From: Vicinamibacterales bacterium
GTDB lineage: Bacteria; Acidobacteriota; Vicinamibacteria; Vicinamibacterales; 2-12-FULL-66-21
Assembly (NCBI GenBank): GCA_035699745.1
Contig: DASSPH010000030.1
Location: forward strand, 578 to 64,577
Length of the DNA: 64,000 bases
Direction: 5' to 3'
Below the pieces are notes generated by a model, which was not told the DNA's origin, made no database searches, and saw nothing but the letters and a program-made list of their open reading frames with translations. Each line of letters opens with the position of its first letter. The stretch's first letter is position 1. The translations under genes and the position numbers were made by a program. Of this stretch, positions 33,391 through 42,548 are shown piece after piece.

Positions 33391-34395
33391 GTGGCGCCGA
33401 ATCCCTTCTCAGCCCTCTTCGGCACGGGCGGACGCCGCGCGGTCGAGTCGATCGTGCCGCGGCGGACGTTCGACGACGTGATCCTGCCGCCGGCAACGCG
33501 GCGGGCGCTGGACACGGCGCTCGCGCAAGTGACGCAGCACGATCTCATCTTCAACCGCTGGGGGCTCGGCGAGCGCCATCCCGCCGGCCTGGCGCTGGCG
33601 TTCAACTTCGCCGGACCGCCGGGCACCGGCAAGACCATCTGCGCGGAGGCGATTGCGCACGCGCTGGGCCGCCGGCTGCTGCTCGTGCGCTACGCCGAGC
33701 TCGAATCGCTGTGGGCGGGGGAGACGCCGAAGAACGTCGCCGCGGTGTTCCGCCGCGCCCGCGAGGAGCACGCCGTGCTCCTCTTCGACGAGGCAGACGC
33801 GCTGGCCACGCGCCGCTCGACGTCCGTCCACCACGGCTTCGAGCGCGAGTCCAACACGACCATCAGCGTGCTGCTCCAGGAGCTCGAGCGCTACGACGGC
33901 GTGGTGATCTTCGCCACCAATCTCGCCGCCAACTTCGATCCGGCATTCGAGCGGCGGATCCGGACGCACGTGCTGTTCGAGATGCCCGGGGTCGCCGAGC
34001 GCGAGCAGATCTGGCGCGTGCAGCTCCACCCCCTGCGCACGCCGCTTGCGGCCGACGTCGACTTCGCGGCGCTGGCGCAGCGCTACGAGGTGAGCGGCGG
34101 CGACATTCGCAACGCGGTCCTCAAGGCCGCGCTTGCCGCCGCCGCCGAGCCCGGCCCTGACGCCGCCAAGCGGATCCATCAGCGCCACTTCGAAGCCGGC
34201 ATCGAGGACGTGGTCGCGTCGCGGCGCGTGATGCGGCAATCGTTGTTCGCGCCGGAGACGGCGGCGAGCGACGCGGAGGCGCTCGCCCGCGAGGCCGGGG
34301 CGCACCTCGCGCGTCTCGTCACCTACGCGTTCGCTGCCGGGGCCGCGGCGCTGATCCTCGCGCTCGCCGCCCTGATCGTCGCGCTGTTCAGGTAG
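33391..34395 (+). CDS. AAA+ ATPase with a C-terminal transmembrane helix.
   Basis: Walker A is FAGPPGTGKTICAEAIA and Walker B is VLLFDEADAL. Second region of homology: VVIFATNLAANFDPAFERRI. The C-terminus LVTYAFAAGAAALILALAALIVALF is hydrophobic. GTG start. Confidence 0.85.
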   Translation: MAPNPFSALFGTGGRRAVESIVPRRTFDDVILPPATRRALDTALAQVTQHDLIFNRWGLGERHPAGLALAFNFAGPPGTGKTICAEAIAHALGRRLLLVRYAELESLWAGETPKNVAAVFRRAREEHAVLLFDEADALATRRSTSVHHGFERESNTTISVLLQELERYDGVVIFATNLAANFDPAFERRIRTHVLFEMPGVAEREQIWRVQLHPLRTPLAADVDFAALAQRYEVSGGDIRNAVLKAALAAAAEPGPDAAKRIHQRHFEAGIEDVVASRRVMRQSLFAPETAASDAEALAREAGAHLARLVTYAFAAGAAALILALAALIVALFR

Positions 34396-34412
34396 ACTTG
34401 CTGGCTGAGTCT

Positions 34413-34751
34413 ATGATTGCGATCATGTGGCAGTTCGATGTGAAGGCCGGACACGAGGATGAATTCGAGAAGCTCTACGGCGTCGACGGCCCCTGGACCA
34501 CGATGAACCGCCATACGCGGTCGTACATCGGCACGTCGTTCCTGCACGACCAGAACCGCGCCGCCCGCTACATCGTCATCGAGTACTGGAGCGAGATGCT
34601 CGTCACCGAGCAGAGCAAAGGAACGCGCAAGGCGGCCGAGGCTGCCATCGAAGCGAGACGCGACGAACTGGTGGCGTCGGTCGAGCCGCTCGGTATCTTC
34701 ACGGTGCTCGACGTGCCCGACCGGTTCGGTCCCGCATGGTCGCAGCGGTAG
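34413..34751 (+). CDS. Small ABM/Dabb-like (ferredoxin-fold monooxygenase-like) protein.
   Basis: MIAIMWQFDVKAGHEDEFEKLYG...YIVIEYWSE is the typical beta-alpha-beta start of antibiotic-biosynthesis-monooxygenase-like domains. The family call is tentative. Confidence 0.5.
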   Translation: MIAIMWQFDVKAGHEDEFEKLYGVDGPWTTMNRHTRSYIGTSFLHDQNRAARYIVIEYWSEMLVTEQSKGTRKAAEAAIEARRDELVASVEPLGIFTVLDVPDRFGPAWSQR

Positions 34752-36084
34752 CCGCCTGGCGGCCCAGGCGGTGGCGCGCCATCGCCTCGAGCGCCATCGC
34801 GGTCGTCAGCGACGCGGACGTGAATTCGAACACCTGTCCGCCGTCGGTTCTGCCGACGAAGAAGGTCGCCTCGTCGAACCCGCCCACGGCGTTCTGCTCC
34901 GACTCCAGATAGCGGATCGCGCCGTCGAGCAGCGCGCCGCGCCGGCCCGCATTCATCAACGTCAGCGCCGCGAACGCGGTGTTGAGGTGCGGATCCCCCT
35001 TGTCCCAGTGGATCGTGCCGTCCGCGCGGAGCAGTGCCGTCCGCTCCAGATCCGAGGCGAAGATCTGCACGGCGGTGGCGAGCGCTGACACGCCGCCCTC
35101 GCGGAACGCGCGGGACACGACGTACTGAAACGCGAAGTTGTCGGGATAGTACTCGGTCAAATCCTCGAGCCGGGAACGGTGAATGCCCAGGATCGCGGCG
35201 AGATTGATCAGGCGCACGGCCTCGGTCACGCCGGGGGCATCGAGCCGGTGTTTGCGGCCCAGGGCATACAGCACGTTCCCGTTCACCACCAGGTCGACGT
35301 CGTTCGGCAGGAGACGCGGCGGATCGCGATAGGTGAGCCAGGTCAGATAGGCGCCGCTTGCGGGCGGCAGCCACCACGGGTTGACGCGCCGCGGCACGGC
35401 GCCGACGTCCCGCCAGTCCGCGAAGAAGCGCTCGAACGCCACCGGGCTGGCCGGCGCGCCGTCGAGCGCCGCCGCATCCATCATCGCCGCGTACGTCGTC
35501 GCAGTGACGTCGGCATCGGAGGGAATCGCGAGCGTGGACGGGTAGATCGGCAGATTGATCGGGACGCGCTGGCCGCCGAGAATCGGGCCCTTCAGCCAGG
35601 CCGTCATCAGCAGCGTCGTCAAGAGGTCCGGCGTGCGCGGGTCGGCGTCATACGGCCAGAAGCCGAACGTGCCGGCATCGGGCGCGGCGGGTGCCGACTC
35701 GAACAGGCGCATGAATCCCATCGCGCGCTGCCGCATGGCGCGCGCCATGAGAAAGTCGAGATCGGTGAGGTTCAGCTGCCGGCCGTTCTGCTCGACCACG
35801 GTGGCGAGCGCATGATGGATGAACGCGACCGTGAACGGACTCACGTCGCGCACGCGCCCGGCGCCGCCTCCCTGCAGCGTGAAATGCTGCGGCCAGTCGC
35901 CGGGGAAGTCGCGAATGCGGATGCCGTCGACGGTGACGTCGAGCGGCTGCTGCACCTGGTTGAAGTACAGGAACCAGAGGCTCCGCTGAATCGGCGACGG
36001 CGTGCCGGCGGCATCGTCGCGCGCGGGGAGCGCGACGAAGCACAACGCCGCGATGGCGGCGTGCCAGCGGACCCGCCGCATCAT
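34699..36084 (-). CDS. Secreted hypothetical protein, possibly with an alpha/alpha-toroid (prenyltransferase/terpene-cyclase-like) fold.
   Basis: Signal peptide MMRRVRWHAAIAALCFVALPA. The fold idea comes from repeated helical-hairpin-like segments and SEQNAVGGF / NTAFAALTLMNAG motifs, and is weak. ATGA coupling with the upstream GDPD gene. Confidence 0.6.
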   Translation of the reverse strand: MMRRVRWHAAIAALCFVALPARDDAAGTPSPIQRSLWFLYFNQVQQPLDVTVDGIRIRDFPGDWPQHFTLQGGGAGRVRDVSPFTVAFIHHALATVVEQNGRQLNLTDLDFLMARAMRQRAMGFMRLFESAPAAPDAGTFGFWPYDADPRTPDLLTTLLMTAWLKGPILGGQRVPINLPIYPSTLAIPSDADVTATTYAAMMDAAALDGAPASPVAFERFFADWRDVGAVPRRVNPWWLPPASGAYLTWLTYRDPPRLLPNDVDLVVNGNVLYALGRKHRLDAPGVTEAVRLINLAAILGIHRSRLEDLTEYYPDNFAFQYVVSRAFREGGVSALATAVQIFASDLERTALLRADGTIHWDKGDPHLNTAFAALTLMNAGRRGALLDGAIRYLESEQNAVGGFDEATFFVGRTDGGQVFEFTSASLTTAMALEAMARHRLGRQAATAATMRDRTGRARRAP

Positions 36085-37016
36085 CGACCTCCGGGACTGG
36101 AGGCGCGCCGCGGCATCTGGTCGGGATTATCGGTGATGACGCCGTCGACGCGCAGGACGTCGAGATAGTGCGCCATCTCCGCGCGCACGTCCGGGAACCC
36201 GGCGACCGCCGACGCGCGGAACGTGTACGGCGTGATGAGCATACCGAGCTGCCGGGCCGCGGCAATCCCCTCGGGATGATCGCGGACGATGGTCTTTTCC
36301 GGGCTCAATCCCGTGGCGAAGGCCTTCACGCTGGCGAGCCCCTCCGGTGTGAGCCACCGCGCCGCGTCGCGCGCCGCGATCAGGAAGTGCACCGGCAGCT
36401 TGGTGCCGAGACTCGCGAGCACCTGCAGACTCGACGCGGTGAACGACTGCAGCAGCACCGGCGTCTTCGGATCGGCGCCGGGACGATCGAGCCCCTTCGC
36501 CTTCAGCTCGTCGAGAATCCCCTTCTCGATCCCTGCGTACTTCTCGGGGAGCTTGAGCTCGATGAACAGGCCGGATCGGCCGCGCAGCGCGTCGATGGTC
36601 TCGGCGAAGGTCGGAATCCGCGTCCCCTTGAACTTCGGATCGAACCACGAGCCCGCATCCAGCTTCCGGATCTCGGCGAGCGTGAAATCGGCGAGCATCC
36701 AGCGCTTCGCCGTCTGGCCGTTCGCCAGGCTGACGGTGCGGAACCGATCGGGAAAGACCTCTTCCACATCCGTCGTCCGCTCGAGCGACTCGTCGTGCAG
36801 GCAGACGATCTGCCGGTCTTTGGTCAGCTGCAGGTCGAACTCGACGAACGTCGCCCCCTGGTCCGCGGCGAGACGGAAGGCGGGAACGGTGTTCTCGGGC
36901 GCGTACGCGGAGGCACCCCGATGCGCGACGAGCCATCGCGGATTGGACTGGACGGCTCCGCCGGCGAGACCGGCGAGCAGCGCGAGGACTAACCAGGACA
37001 GTCGCATGGCGCGCAT
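36081..37016 (-). CDS. Periplasmic glycerophosphodiester phosphodiesterase (GDPD family).
   Basis: A signal peptide is followed by VAHRGASAYAPENTVPAF...FVEFDLQLTKD...LHD, the catalytic signature of GlpQ/UgpQ enzymes. Confidence 0.9.
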   Translation of the reverse strand: MRAMRLSWLVLALLAGLAGGAVQSNPRWLVAHRGASAYAPENTVPAFRLAADQGATFVEFDLQLTKDRQIVCLHDESLERTTDVEEVFPDRFRTVSLANGQTAKRWMLADFTLAEIRKLDAGSWFDPKFKGTRIPTFAETIDALRGRSGLFIELKLPEKYAGIEKGILDELKAKGLDRPGADPKTPVLLQSFTASSLQVLASLGTKLPVHFLIAARDAARWLTPEGLASVKAFATGLSPEKTIVRDHPEGIAAARQLGMLITPYTFRASAVAGFPDVRAEMAHYLDVLRVDGVITDNPDQMPRRASSPGGR

Positions 37017-37079
37017 CTTACCAGCCCGGCCGCATCAGAGCCTGTCACATTTCCTCCCCTTCCTTCGTCTCATCAACAT

Positions 37080-38015
37080 ATGACGACGACAAGCGGGAGA
37101 ACGGTATTCGTAGCGGGCGGCTCCGGAACCATCGGCGTGCCGCTCGTTCGTGCCCTGGTGGGCGCAGGGCACAAAGTCTTCGCGACCACGCGGTCCGCGT
37201 CGAAGCAAGCACTGCTGTGGGACCTCGGGGCGACGCCGGTGGTGGTCGACGCCTTGAATGCCGCGGCGCTGGAGCGCGCGGTCCGCGCCGCACGGCCGAC
37301 GCACGTCATCCACCAGCTCACGGCGCTGCCGAAGACCGCGCCGAAGAGCGCCGCCGACCTGGAGCCGACCAACCGGCTCCGGGACGAAGGCACGCGGAAC
37401 CTGCTGCGGGCGGCCGTCGCGGCGGGAGCCCGCCGGTTCATCGGCGGGTCGTTCGCGCTGATCGGGGCCGGGGTCATGCCCGAGGCGCCGCAGGCCGGAC
37501 TGGACCGCGCGCGCGAGGCGATCCAGTCGATGGAATCGCAGATCCTCGGCGCGGCCCGCGACGGGACGATCGAGGGAATCGTCCTGCGCTACGGGCTGTT
37601 CTATGGGCCGGGGAACCCGGCGACGGATGACATGCTCGACCGCGTCCGGCGGCGCCGGCTTCCGCGCGTCCGCGGCGATGCCGGCAAGCTTCCGTACATT
37701 CATCTCGATGACGCGGTGAGCGCCACCGTCGCGGCGATCGATCACGGAGCCTCGGGCAGTGTGTACGACATCGTCGACGACAGGCCGGCGAGTTTCAGCG
37801 AAATGGTGGACGTCATGGCTGAACTGGCGCACGCACCGCGCCCGTTCACGGTGCCGGCGTGGCTGCCGCGCCTCGTCGCTCCGTACATGGCGCGGCTGCT
37901 CGCGCTCCAGGCGCCGCTGTCGAACGCCGCCGCGAAGCAGGACCTCCAGTGGACGCCGCGCTTTCCGAGCTATCGCGAGGGGTTGCGGCAGACGATCCGG
38001 CTGGCCGCCGCATGA
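37080..38015 (+). CDS. NAD(P)-dependent epimerase/dehydratase-family SDR.
   Basis: The Rossmann motif is VFVAGGSGTIGVPLVRALVGAGHKVFATTRS. Confidence 0.85.
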   Translation: MTTTSGRTVFVAGGSGTIGVPLVRALVGAGHKVFATTRSASKQALLWDLGATPVVVDALNAAALERAVRAARPTHVIHQLTALPKTAPKSAADLEPTNRLRDEGTRNLLRAAVAAGARRFIGGSFALIGAGVMPEAPQAGLDRAREAIQSMESQILGAARDGTIEGIVLRYGLFYGPGNPATDDMLDRVRRRRLPRVRGDAGKLPYIHLDDAVSATVAAIDHGASGSVYDIVDDRPASFSEMVDVMAELAHAPRPFTVPAWLPRLVAPYMARLLALQAPLSNAAAKQDLQWTPRFPSYREGLRQTIRLAAA

Positions 38016-38950
38016 GCCCCATGGATCATCTCCAGGAGTTTCAACGCTGCCGCCCGCTGCTGTTCTCGATCGCCTACCGGATGCTCGGCAGCGCGAGCGA
38101 CGCGGAAGACATCCTGCAGGACGCCTGGCTGCGGTTCGCCCGCGCCGGCGATGCCGAGGTGCGTTCGGCGAAGGGGTATCTCACCACGATCGTCACGCGG
38201 CTTTGCCTCGACCACCTCAAATCGGCCCGCGTCTCGCGCGAGCAGTACGTCGGCCCGTGGCTGCCGGAGCCGATCCTGACCGAAGGGGACGCGCAGCCGG
38301 AACAGTCCGCCGTGCTCGCCGAATCGCTGACGCTCGCGTTCATGGTCCTCCTCGACACGCTCTCACCCGACGAGCGCGCGGTCTTCCTGTTGCGCGAGAT
38401 CTTCGAGTACTCCTACGCCGAGATCGCGGAGATGCTGGGATCGAGCGAGGCGAACTGCCGGCAGCTGTTCCACCGCGCCAGGCAGCGCGTCGCCGCGCGG
38501 GAGCCGCGATCGAGCCGTCCCTACGAAGAGAAGCAGCAGCTCGCGGAGCGCTTCGCCCGCGCGCTCCGCGATGGCGACGGCGACGCGCTGGCCAGCGTGC
38601 TCGCGGCCGATGTCGGCTTCTGGGGCGACGGCGGCGGGAAGGTTCCGGCAACCGGACGCCCGGTGTACGGCCGGCCATCGGTGCTCAATCTGCTCCTCGG
38701 CATCCGGCGCGTCGCCGCCGCGATGGGCGTCACGATGGACGACGTCGGGCTGCAGGTGCGGGAGGTCAACCGCGAGCCGGCGATCCTGGTTCGTGTTCGC
38801 GGACAGCTCAACTCCGTCTACACGTTCACCATGAGGGACGATGCGATCTCGGTGATCCGCGTGATCCGCAATCCGGACAAGCTCGGGTTCATCGACGCAC
38901 AGTTGTCGGGCGGTGTGAGCAGCGCTCCACTGCTGGCGCCGGGTCCCTGA
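38012..38950 (+). CDS. ECF sigma factor with a C-terminal SnoaL-like extension (ECF41/SigJ-type).
   Basis: Sigma-2 and sigma-4 regions are present (LLFSIAYRMLGSASDAEDILQDAWLRF and ERAVFLLREIFEYSYAEIAEMLGSSEANCRQLFHRARQRV), plus a ~100-aa extension. ATGA-coupled to the epimerase gene, the known ECF41-COE genomic association. Confidence 0.85.
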   Translation: MSPMDHLQEFQRCRPLLFSIAYRMLGSASDAEDILQDAWLRFARAGDAEVRSAKGYLTTIVTRLCLDHLKSARVSREQYVGPWLPEPILTEGDAQPEQSAVLAESLTLAFMVLLDTLSPDERAVFLLREIFEYSYAEIAEMLGSSEANCRQLFHRARQRVAAREPRSSRPYEEKQQLAERFARALRDGDGDALASVLAADVGFWGDGGGKVPATGRPVYGRPSVLNLLLGIRRVAAAMGVTMDDVGLQVREVNREPAILVRVRGQLNSVYTFTMRDDAISVIRVIRNPDKLGFIDAQLSGGVSSAPLLAPGP

Positions 38951-38962
38951 ACGCATTCGTCA

Positions 38963-38987
38963 GCGCTGTGCCGATCCGGCACAGCGC
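38963..38987 (+). terminator. Perfect 11-bp GC-rich hairpin after the sigma-factor gene.
   Basis: GCGCTGTGCCG-ATC-CGGCACAGCGC lies 13 nt after the stop. There is no U-tract, so terminator function is inferred only. Confidence 0.4.
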
Positions 38988-39058
38988 CGGCCCGCACACG
39001 GTCCCTTTGGCGGGAGCTTACGACGGCATGTCGCTTGCTCCGCCCGGCGTATCCATCC

Positions 39059-40465
39059 ATGGCAGCTCGCTCCGGCGCCGCGGCCTCCGGCCTGACGCTT
39101 GTACGAACCGAACCGCGCACGGACGACCCCGCGCCATCCGACCGCCGCGTCCATCCGCGCCTGACGCTCTCGGATCTCGACTGGCTGAATACCATCCGTC
39201 TGAAGTACGGCCCGGTGGTGTCGCTGATCGATCTGTCATCGGGTGGTGCGCAGATCGAAACCACCAGCCGGCTGAATCCGGGCGCACCCGTGGTCGTGCA
39301 GATCTCGGGCAGCGGCGGCGAGATCGCGGTGCCCTCGACGGTGGTGCGCAGCCAGGTTTCGCGGGTGGCGCCGTACATGATGTATCGCAGCGCGCTGTCC
39401 TTCAGGCGGGCGATCGAGACGGCGCAGCCCGCCGTCGACAAAACGTCTGACGCGTTCACCAGTCTTCTCAGCGAGCACGCGCGCATGACGGGGGCGATCC
39501 GCCGGCTCTCGCACGCCTGCACCGGCGGCGACCCCGCGGCGATCGTCGGCGACGACATCCTCACCTCCACACTCGGGCTGATTCAGTCGCCGGCCGGACG
39601 GCGCGCGGGAGACAGCTTCCGGCGGCACCTCACGGTCTTGTTCCGCGACCTGACGCGCGGCATCGAAGCCGCGGCGCCGGCCGACACGCTGCTGTCCGCG
39701 CTCGCGGACCGTTTGCGGCGCTCGGTCCCCACGCGTGTGATCCACATTGCGGACGGCGGAACGGGGATCGGGCCACACCGCGAGGACACGGTCTACTTCG
39801 ACGCGGCGCGCGAGGGGAGCGTGGTGGCGCGCCTGGTGGTGGAATTTCCGCGCGACTGCCAGCTCGAAGCCTGGCACCTGCACTTCCTCAGAGTGGCGGC
39901 GCAGCTCGTCGCGCTCGTCAACGACGTGTCGGCGCTGCGCGAACGCGCCGGGCACGATCCGGCCGTTTCACCGAAGAGCCCTCCGCGCGCGTCCGAGCCG
40001 GCGCCGCTGCCGTTCGCCGCGCTGCCGCCCGCGCCAGTGCCCGCGGGGGTCGTCGAGGCGGCGGTTCCGGCCACGATGGTCTGGGTACCGGTCGTGGCGC
40101 GGTACGCGGACGGACGCGTGCTGAAAGGATATTGCCGCGGTTTCGTGCCGGCCCGCGGCTACGTCTCGGTCGCGCCGGCGCCGGACGCGCCGCAATCGGC
40201 GGTATCGACGCTGCTGCTGCGTCATCTGAAGGCGGTGTTCTTCGTCCACGACCTGGCCGGCGCGCCGCCGGACGTCGAGCCCACCCCGGCGGCACGCGGC
40301 CGTGACATCATCGTCACCTTCATGGACGGCGAGGTCCTGAGCGGGACGACGCTGAATTACGCGGTGGACGGCGCGGGCTTCTACCTCTCACCCCACGATC
40401 AGCGCGGCAACAACCTGCGCATCTTCGTGATCAACGAAGCCGTCCGGCACGTCCAGTTCCCCTAG
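39059..40465 (+). CDS. PilZ-domain protein with long uncharacterised middle and C-terminal domains.
   Basis: The N-terminal PilZ signatures are RVHPR (RxxxR) and DLSSGG (DxSxxG). The rest matches no family I recognise. The start (TTG 39035 versus ATG 39059) is uncertain. Confidence 0.75.
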   Translation: MAARSGAAASGLTLVRTEPRTDDPAPSDRRVHPRLTLSDLDWLNTIRLKYGPVVSLIDLSSGGAQIETTSRLNPGAPVVVQISGSGGEIAVPSTVVRSQVSRVAPYMMYRSALSFRRAIETAQPAVDKTSDAFTSLLSEHARMTGAIRRLSHACTGGDPAAIVGDDILTSTLGLIQSPAGRRAGDSFRRHLTVLFRDLTRGIEAAAPADTLLSALADRLRRSVPTRVIHIADGGTGIGPHREDTVYFDAAREGSVVARLVVEFPRDCQLEAWHLHFLRVAAQLVALVNDVSALRERAGHDPAVSPKSPPRASEPAPLPFAALPPAPVPAGVVEAAVPATMVWVPVVARYADGRVLKGYCRGFVPARGYVSVAPAPDAPQSAVSTLLLRHLKAVFFVHDLAGAPPDVEPTPAARGRDIIVTFMDGEVLSGTTLNYAVDGAGFYLSPHDQRGNNLRIFVINEAVRHVQFP

Positions 40466-41409
40466 GGGGTCTGCGGAAACACGTAGGTGATCGTCGCGCC
40501 GCTGGCGGCGTGGCGCTTGACGTCGGCGCGGCCGCCGTGCGCCCGCACGATGTGCGCCGCGGCCGCGAGCAGCACGCCGGCGGCCGGCGCGCCGCGGTAG
40601 TCGTCGCCGCCGTTCTCGAAGAACCGGCTCGCCTGACCGCCGCCGACGATCAGCGTCGGGCAGAACACGTCGATGATGATCGCCGGCCGGACGCGCACCG
40701 TCTGCAGGCTGATCGAGATCCGGGCTGGCGGCTGCCGGCCGTCCCTGCCCGGCTGCCGCCGCGGATCCGAGAGCAGCATGTCGACGACCGCATCGACGGT
40801 TCCGACGAGCCCCAGGACCACCTGCGACGGTTCGGCGAGGATCTCGAACGCGGCGTCGTCGACGGAGATGTCGAACTCGATGCCTGCCAGCCGCGCCACC
40901 GGCGCGGCCGCTCGCACGGACGCGTCGACGATCTCGCGCGCCGACACTTCGACGCGCGTCGGCGGCTCGTGCTGCTGCAGCGTCGCCGCGGCGCGCGCCA
41001 GGCGCGTCACGCGCAGGAACTCGACCTGCACCGACTGCGCGATCAGCGACGGACTGGCGAACTGCGGACGCGCCGCGCTCTGGTGAGTGACGAGCGACTC
41101 CAGCCGATCGGCGATGAGGCCGAGGGCCGGACCCGTCAGCGTGGGAGACACCGGAGCGTCGCCAGCGGCGCGGCTGTCGGTTCGCTCGGGCACGGGGGCC
41201 GGTGTGTCGTGGGCCGTGCGGGACATCAGTTCGTCGACATAGTGCGCATCGTGGCGCATGCGAAAGGTGGCCGGAAGGCCTTCCCGGATCCGTCCGGCCG
41301 GGGGTTCTTCGTCCGCATCATCGGTGCCGTCCAGGTTGTCCGCGTCAGTGAGGTGCAGGGAGTCATTCAGCTCTTCGGTGATCTGATCACCGGCCGCCGG
41401 TTCGTTCAC
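40462..41409 (-). CDS. Hypothetical protein with an acidic N-terminus and a degenerate HATPase_c-like C-terminal domain.
   Basis: GTG at 41409 is preceded by GGAGGA. The C-terminus ...ISISLQTVRVRPAIIIDVFCP...GAPAAGVLLAAAAHIVRAHGGRADVKRHAASGATITYVFP resembles the G2-box/lid end of histidine-kinase ATPase domains. I see no clear H-box. Confidence 0.55.
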   Translation of the reverse strand: MNEPAAGDQITEELNDSLHLTDADNLDGTDDADEEPPAGRIREGLPATFRMRHDAHYVDELMSRTAHDTPAPVPERTDSRAAGDAPVSPTLTGPALGLIADRLESLVTHQSAARPQFASPSLIAQSVQVEFLRVTRLARAAATLQQHEPPTRVEVSAREIVDASVRAAAPVARLAGIEFDISVDDAAFEILAEPSQVVLGLVGTVDAVVDMLLSDPRRQPGRDGRQPPARISISLQTVRVRPAIIIDVFCPTLIVGGGQASRFFENGGDDYRGAPAAGVLLAAAAHIVRAHGGRADVKRHAASGATITYVFPQTP

Positions 41410-41570
41410 GCGCGAGTCCTCCGAACATACAGACCGGTACCGTCTCCGGGCAGCCGGCCTGCGCAGCTGTTTTTGGGAACGCGGGGAGAATATCGCAGCG
41501 CGCGCTCCAAGCCAAGAGCAAAGCAGCGCTCGCAGCACGCCGCGTCTCTCCGCGGGCGTATTCTACTGTC

Positions 41571-42542
41571 ATGACCAGGTTTTTGACGAGCTCGATCGCC
41601 GTCGCGTCCGCCGGCATCCTCCTCGCGGCGGCGCCGCAGCAGCCGGTCTTCCGCACCGCGAGCGACGCGGTCCGCGTCTTCGTCACCGTGCTCGATCGCG
41701 ACGGCCGTCTCGTCACCGGCCTGACGCAGGACAAGTTCGAGGTCCGCGACGAGGGGAAGCCGCAGCCGATCACGCAGTTCGACAACAAGCCGCAGCCGAT
41801 CCGGCTGATCGTGCTGCTCGACGTGTCGGGCAGCATGGCGGGGAACCTGCCGCTGCTGCGCGGCGCGGCGGAGCAGTTGTTCACCCGGCTGCTGCCCGGC
41901 GACCAGGCGCGGGTCGGATCCTTCGGCCACGAGGTCGTCCTCGCGCCGGCGTTCACGAGCGACCGCCGCGAGCTCACCGCGTCCTTGCCGACGGCAATCG
42001 CCCCGGATGCGCCGACGCCGCTCTGGCGCGCCGTCGTCCAGGCGATCCGCGCATTCGACGGCGCCGACGATCGGCGGAAGGTGATCCTGGTCCTCAGCGA
42101 TGGCAAGGACAGCGGGCCGATCAGCTTCCGCGATCGCCCGTCCAGCCAGGCGGACGCGATCGATCGCGCGCGCGACGAAGACGTGATGATTTACGGCATC
42201 GGGATGCGAAGCCGCGGCGCGCGCCCGCCGCAGACCGGCGCCGGCCCGGGCGGACTGCAGGCGATGCTGCTCGCCGACATGCCGGATCCGGGGCTGGCTC
42301 GAGTCGCCGAAGAAACCGGCGGCGGCTACACCGAGATCCGCTTCGGCCAGGATCTCGGCGCGGCCTTCGCCGCGGTCGCCGACGAACTGCACACGCAGTA
42401 TCTGCTGGCGTTCGCGCCGCCCCAGCGAGACGGCAAGGTGCACGACGTCAGCGTCCGCGTCAGCGAGAAGGGTCTGAAGCCTCGCGCCCGCAGGAGCTAC
42501 GTCGCGCCGAAAGCGGAGCGCCCCGCCTCCGACGTTCGCTGA
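41571..42542 (+). CDS. VWA-domain protein (VWFA-related acidobacterial type).
   Basis: The signal/anchor is followed by QQPVFRTASDAVRVFVTVLDRDGRLVTGLTQDKFEVRDEGKPQPI and the MIDAS-like LLDVSGSM. Confidence 0.85.
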   Translation: MTRFLTSSIAVASAGILLAAAPQQPVFRTASDAVRVFVTVLDRDGRLVTGLTQDKFEVRDEGKPQPITQFDNKPQPIRLIVLLDVSGSMAGNLPLLRGAAEQLFTRLLPGDQARVGSFGHEVVLAPAFTSDRRELTASLPTAIAPDAPTPLWRAVVQAIRAFDGADDRRKVILVLSDGKDSGPISFRDRPSSQADAIDRARDEDVMIYGIGMRSRGARPPQTGAGPGGLQAMLLADMPDPGLARVAEETGGGYTEIRFGQDLGAAFAAVADELHTQYLLAFAPPQRDGKVHDVSVRVSEKGLKPRARRSYVAPKAERPASDVR

Positions 42543-42548
42543 ACCGCG

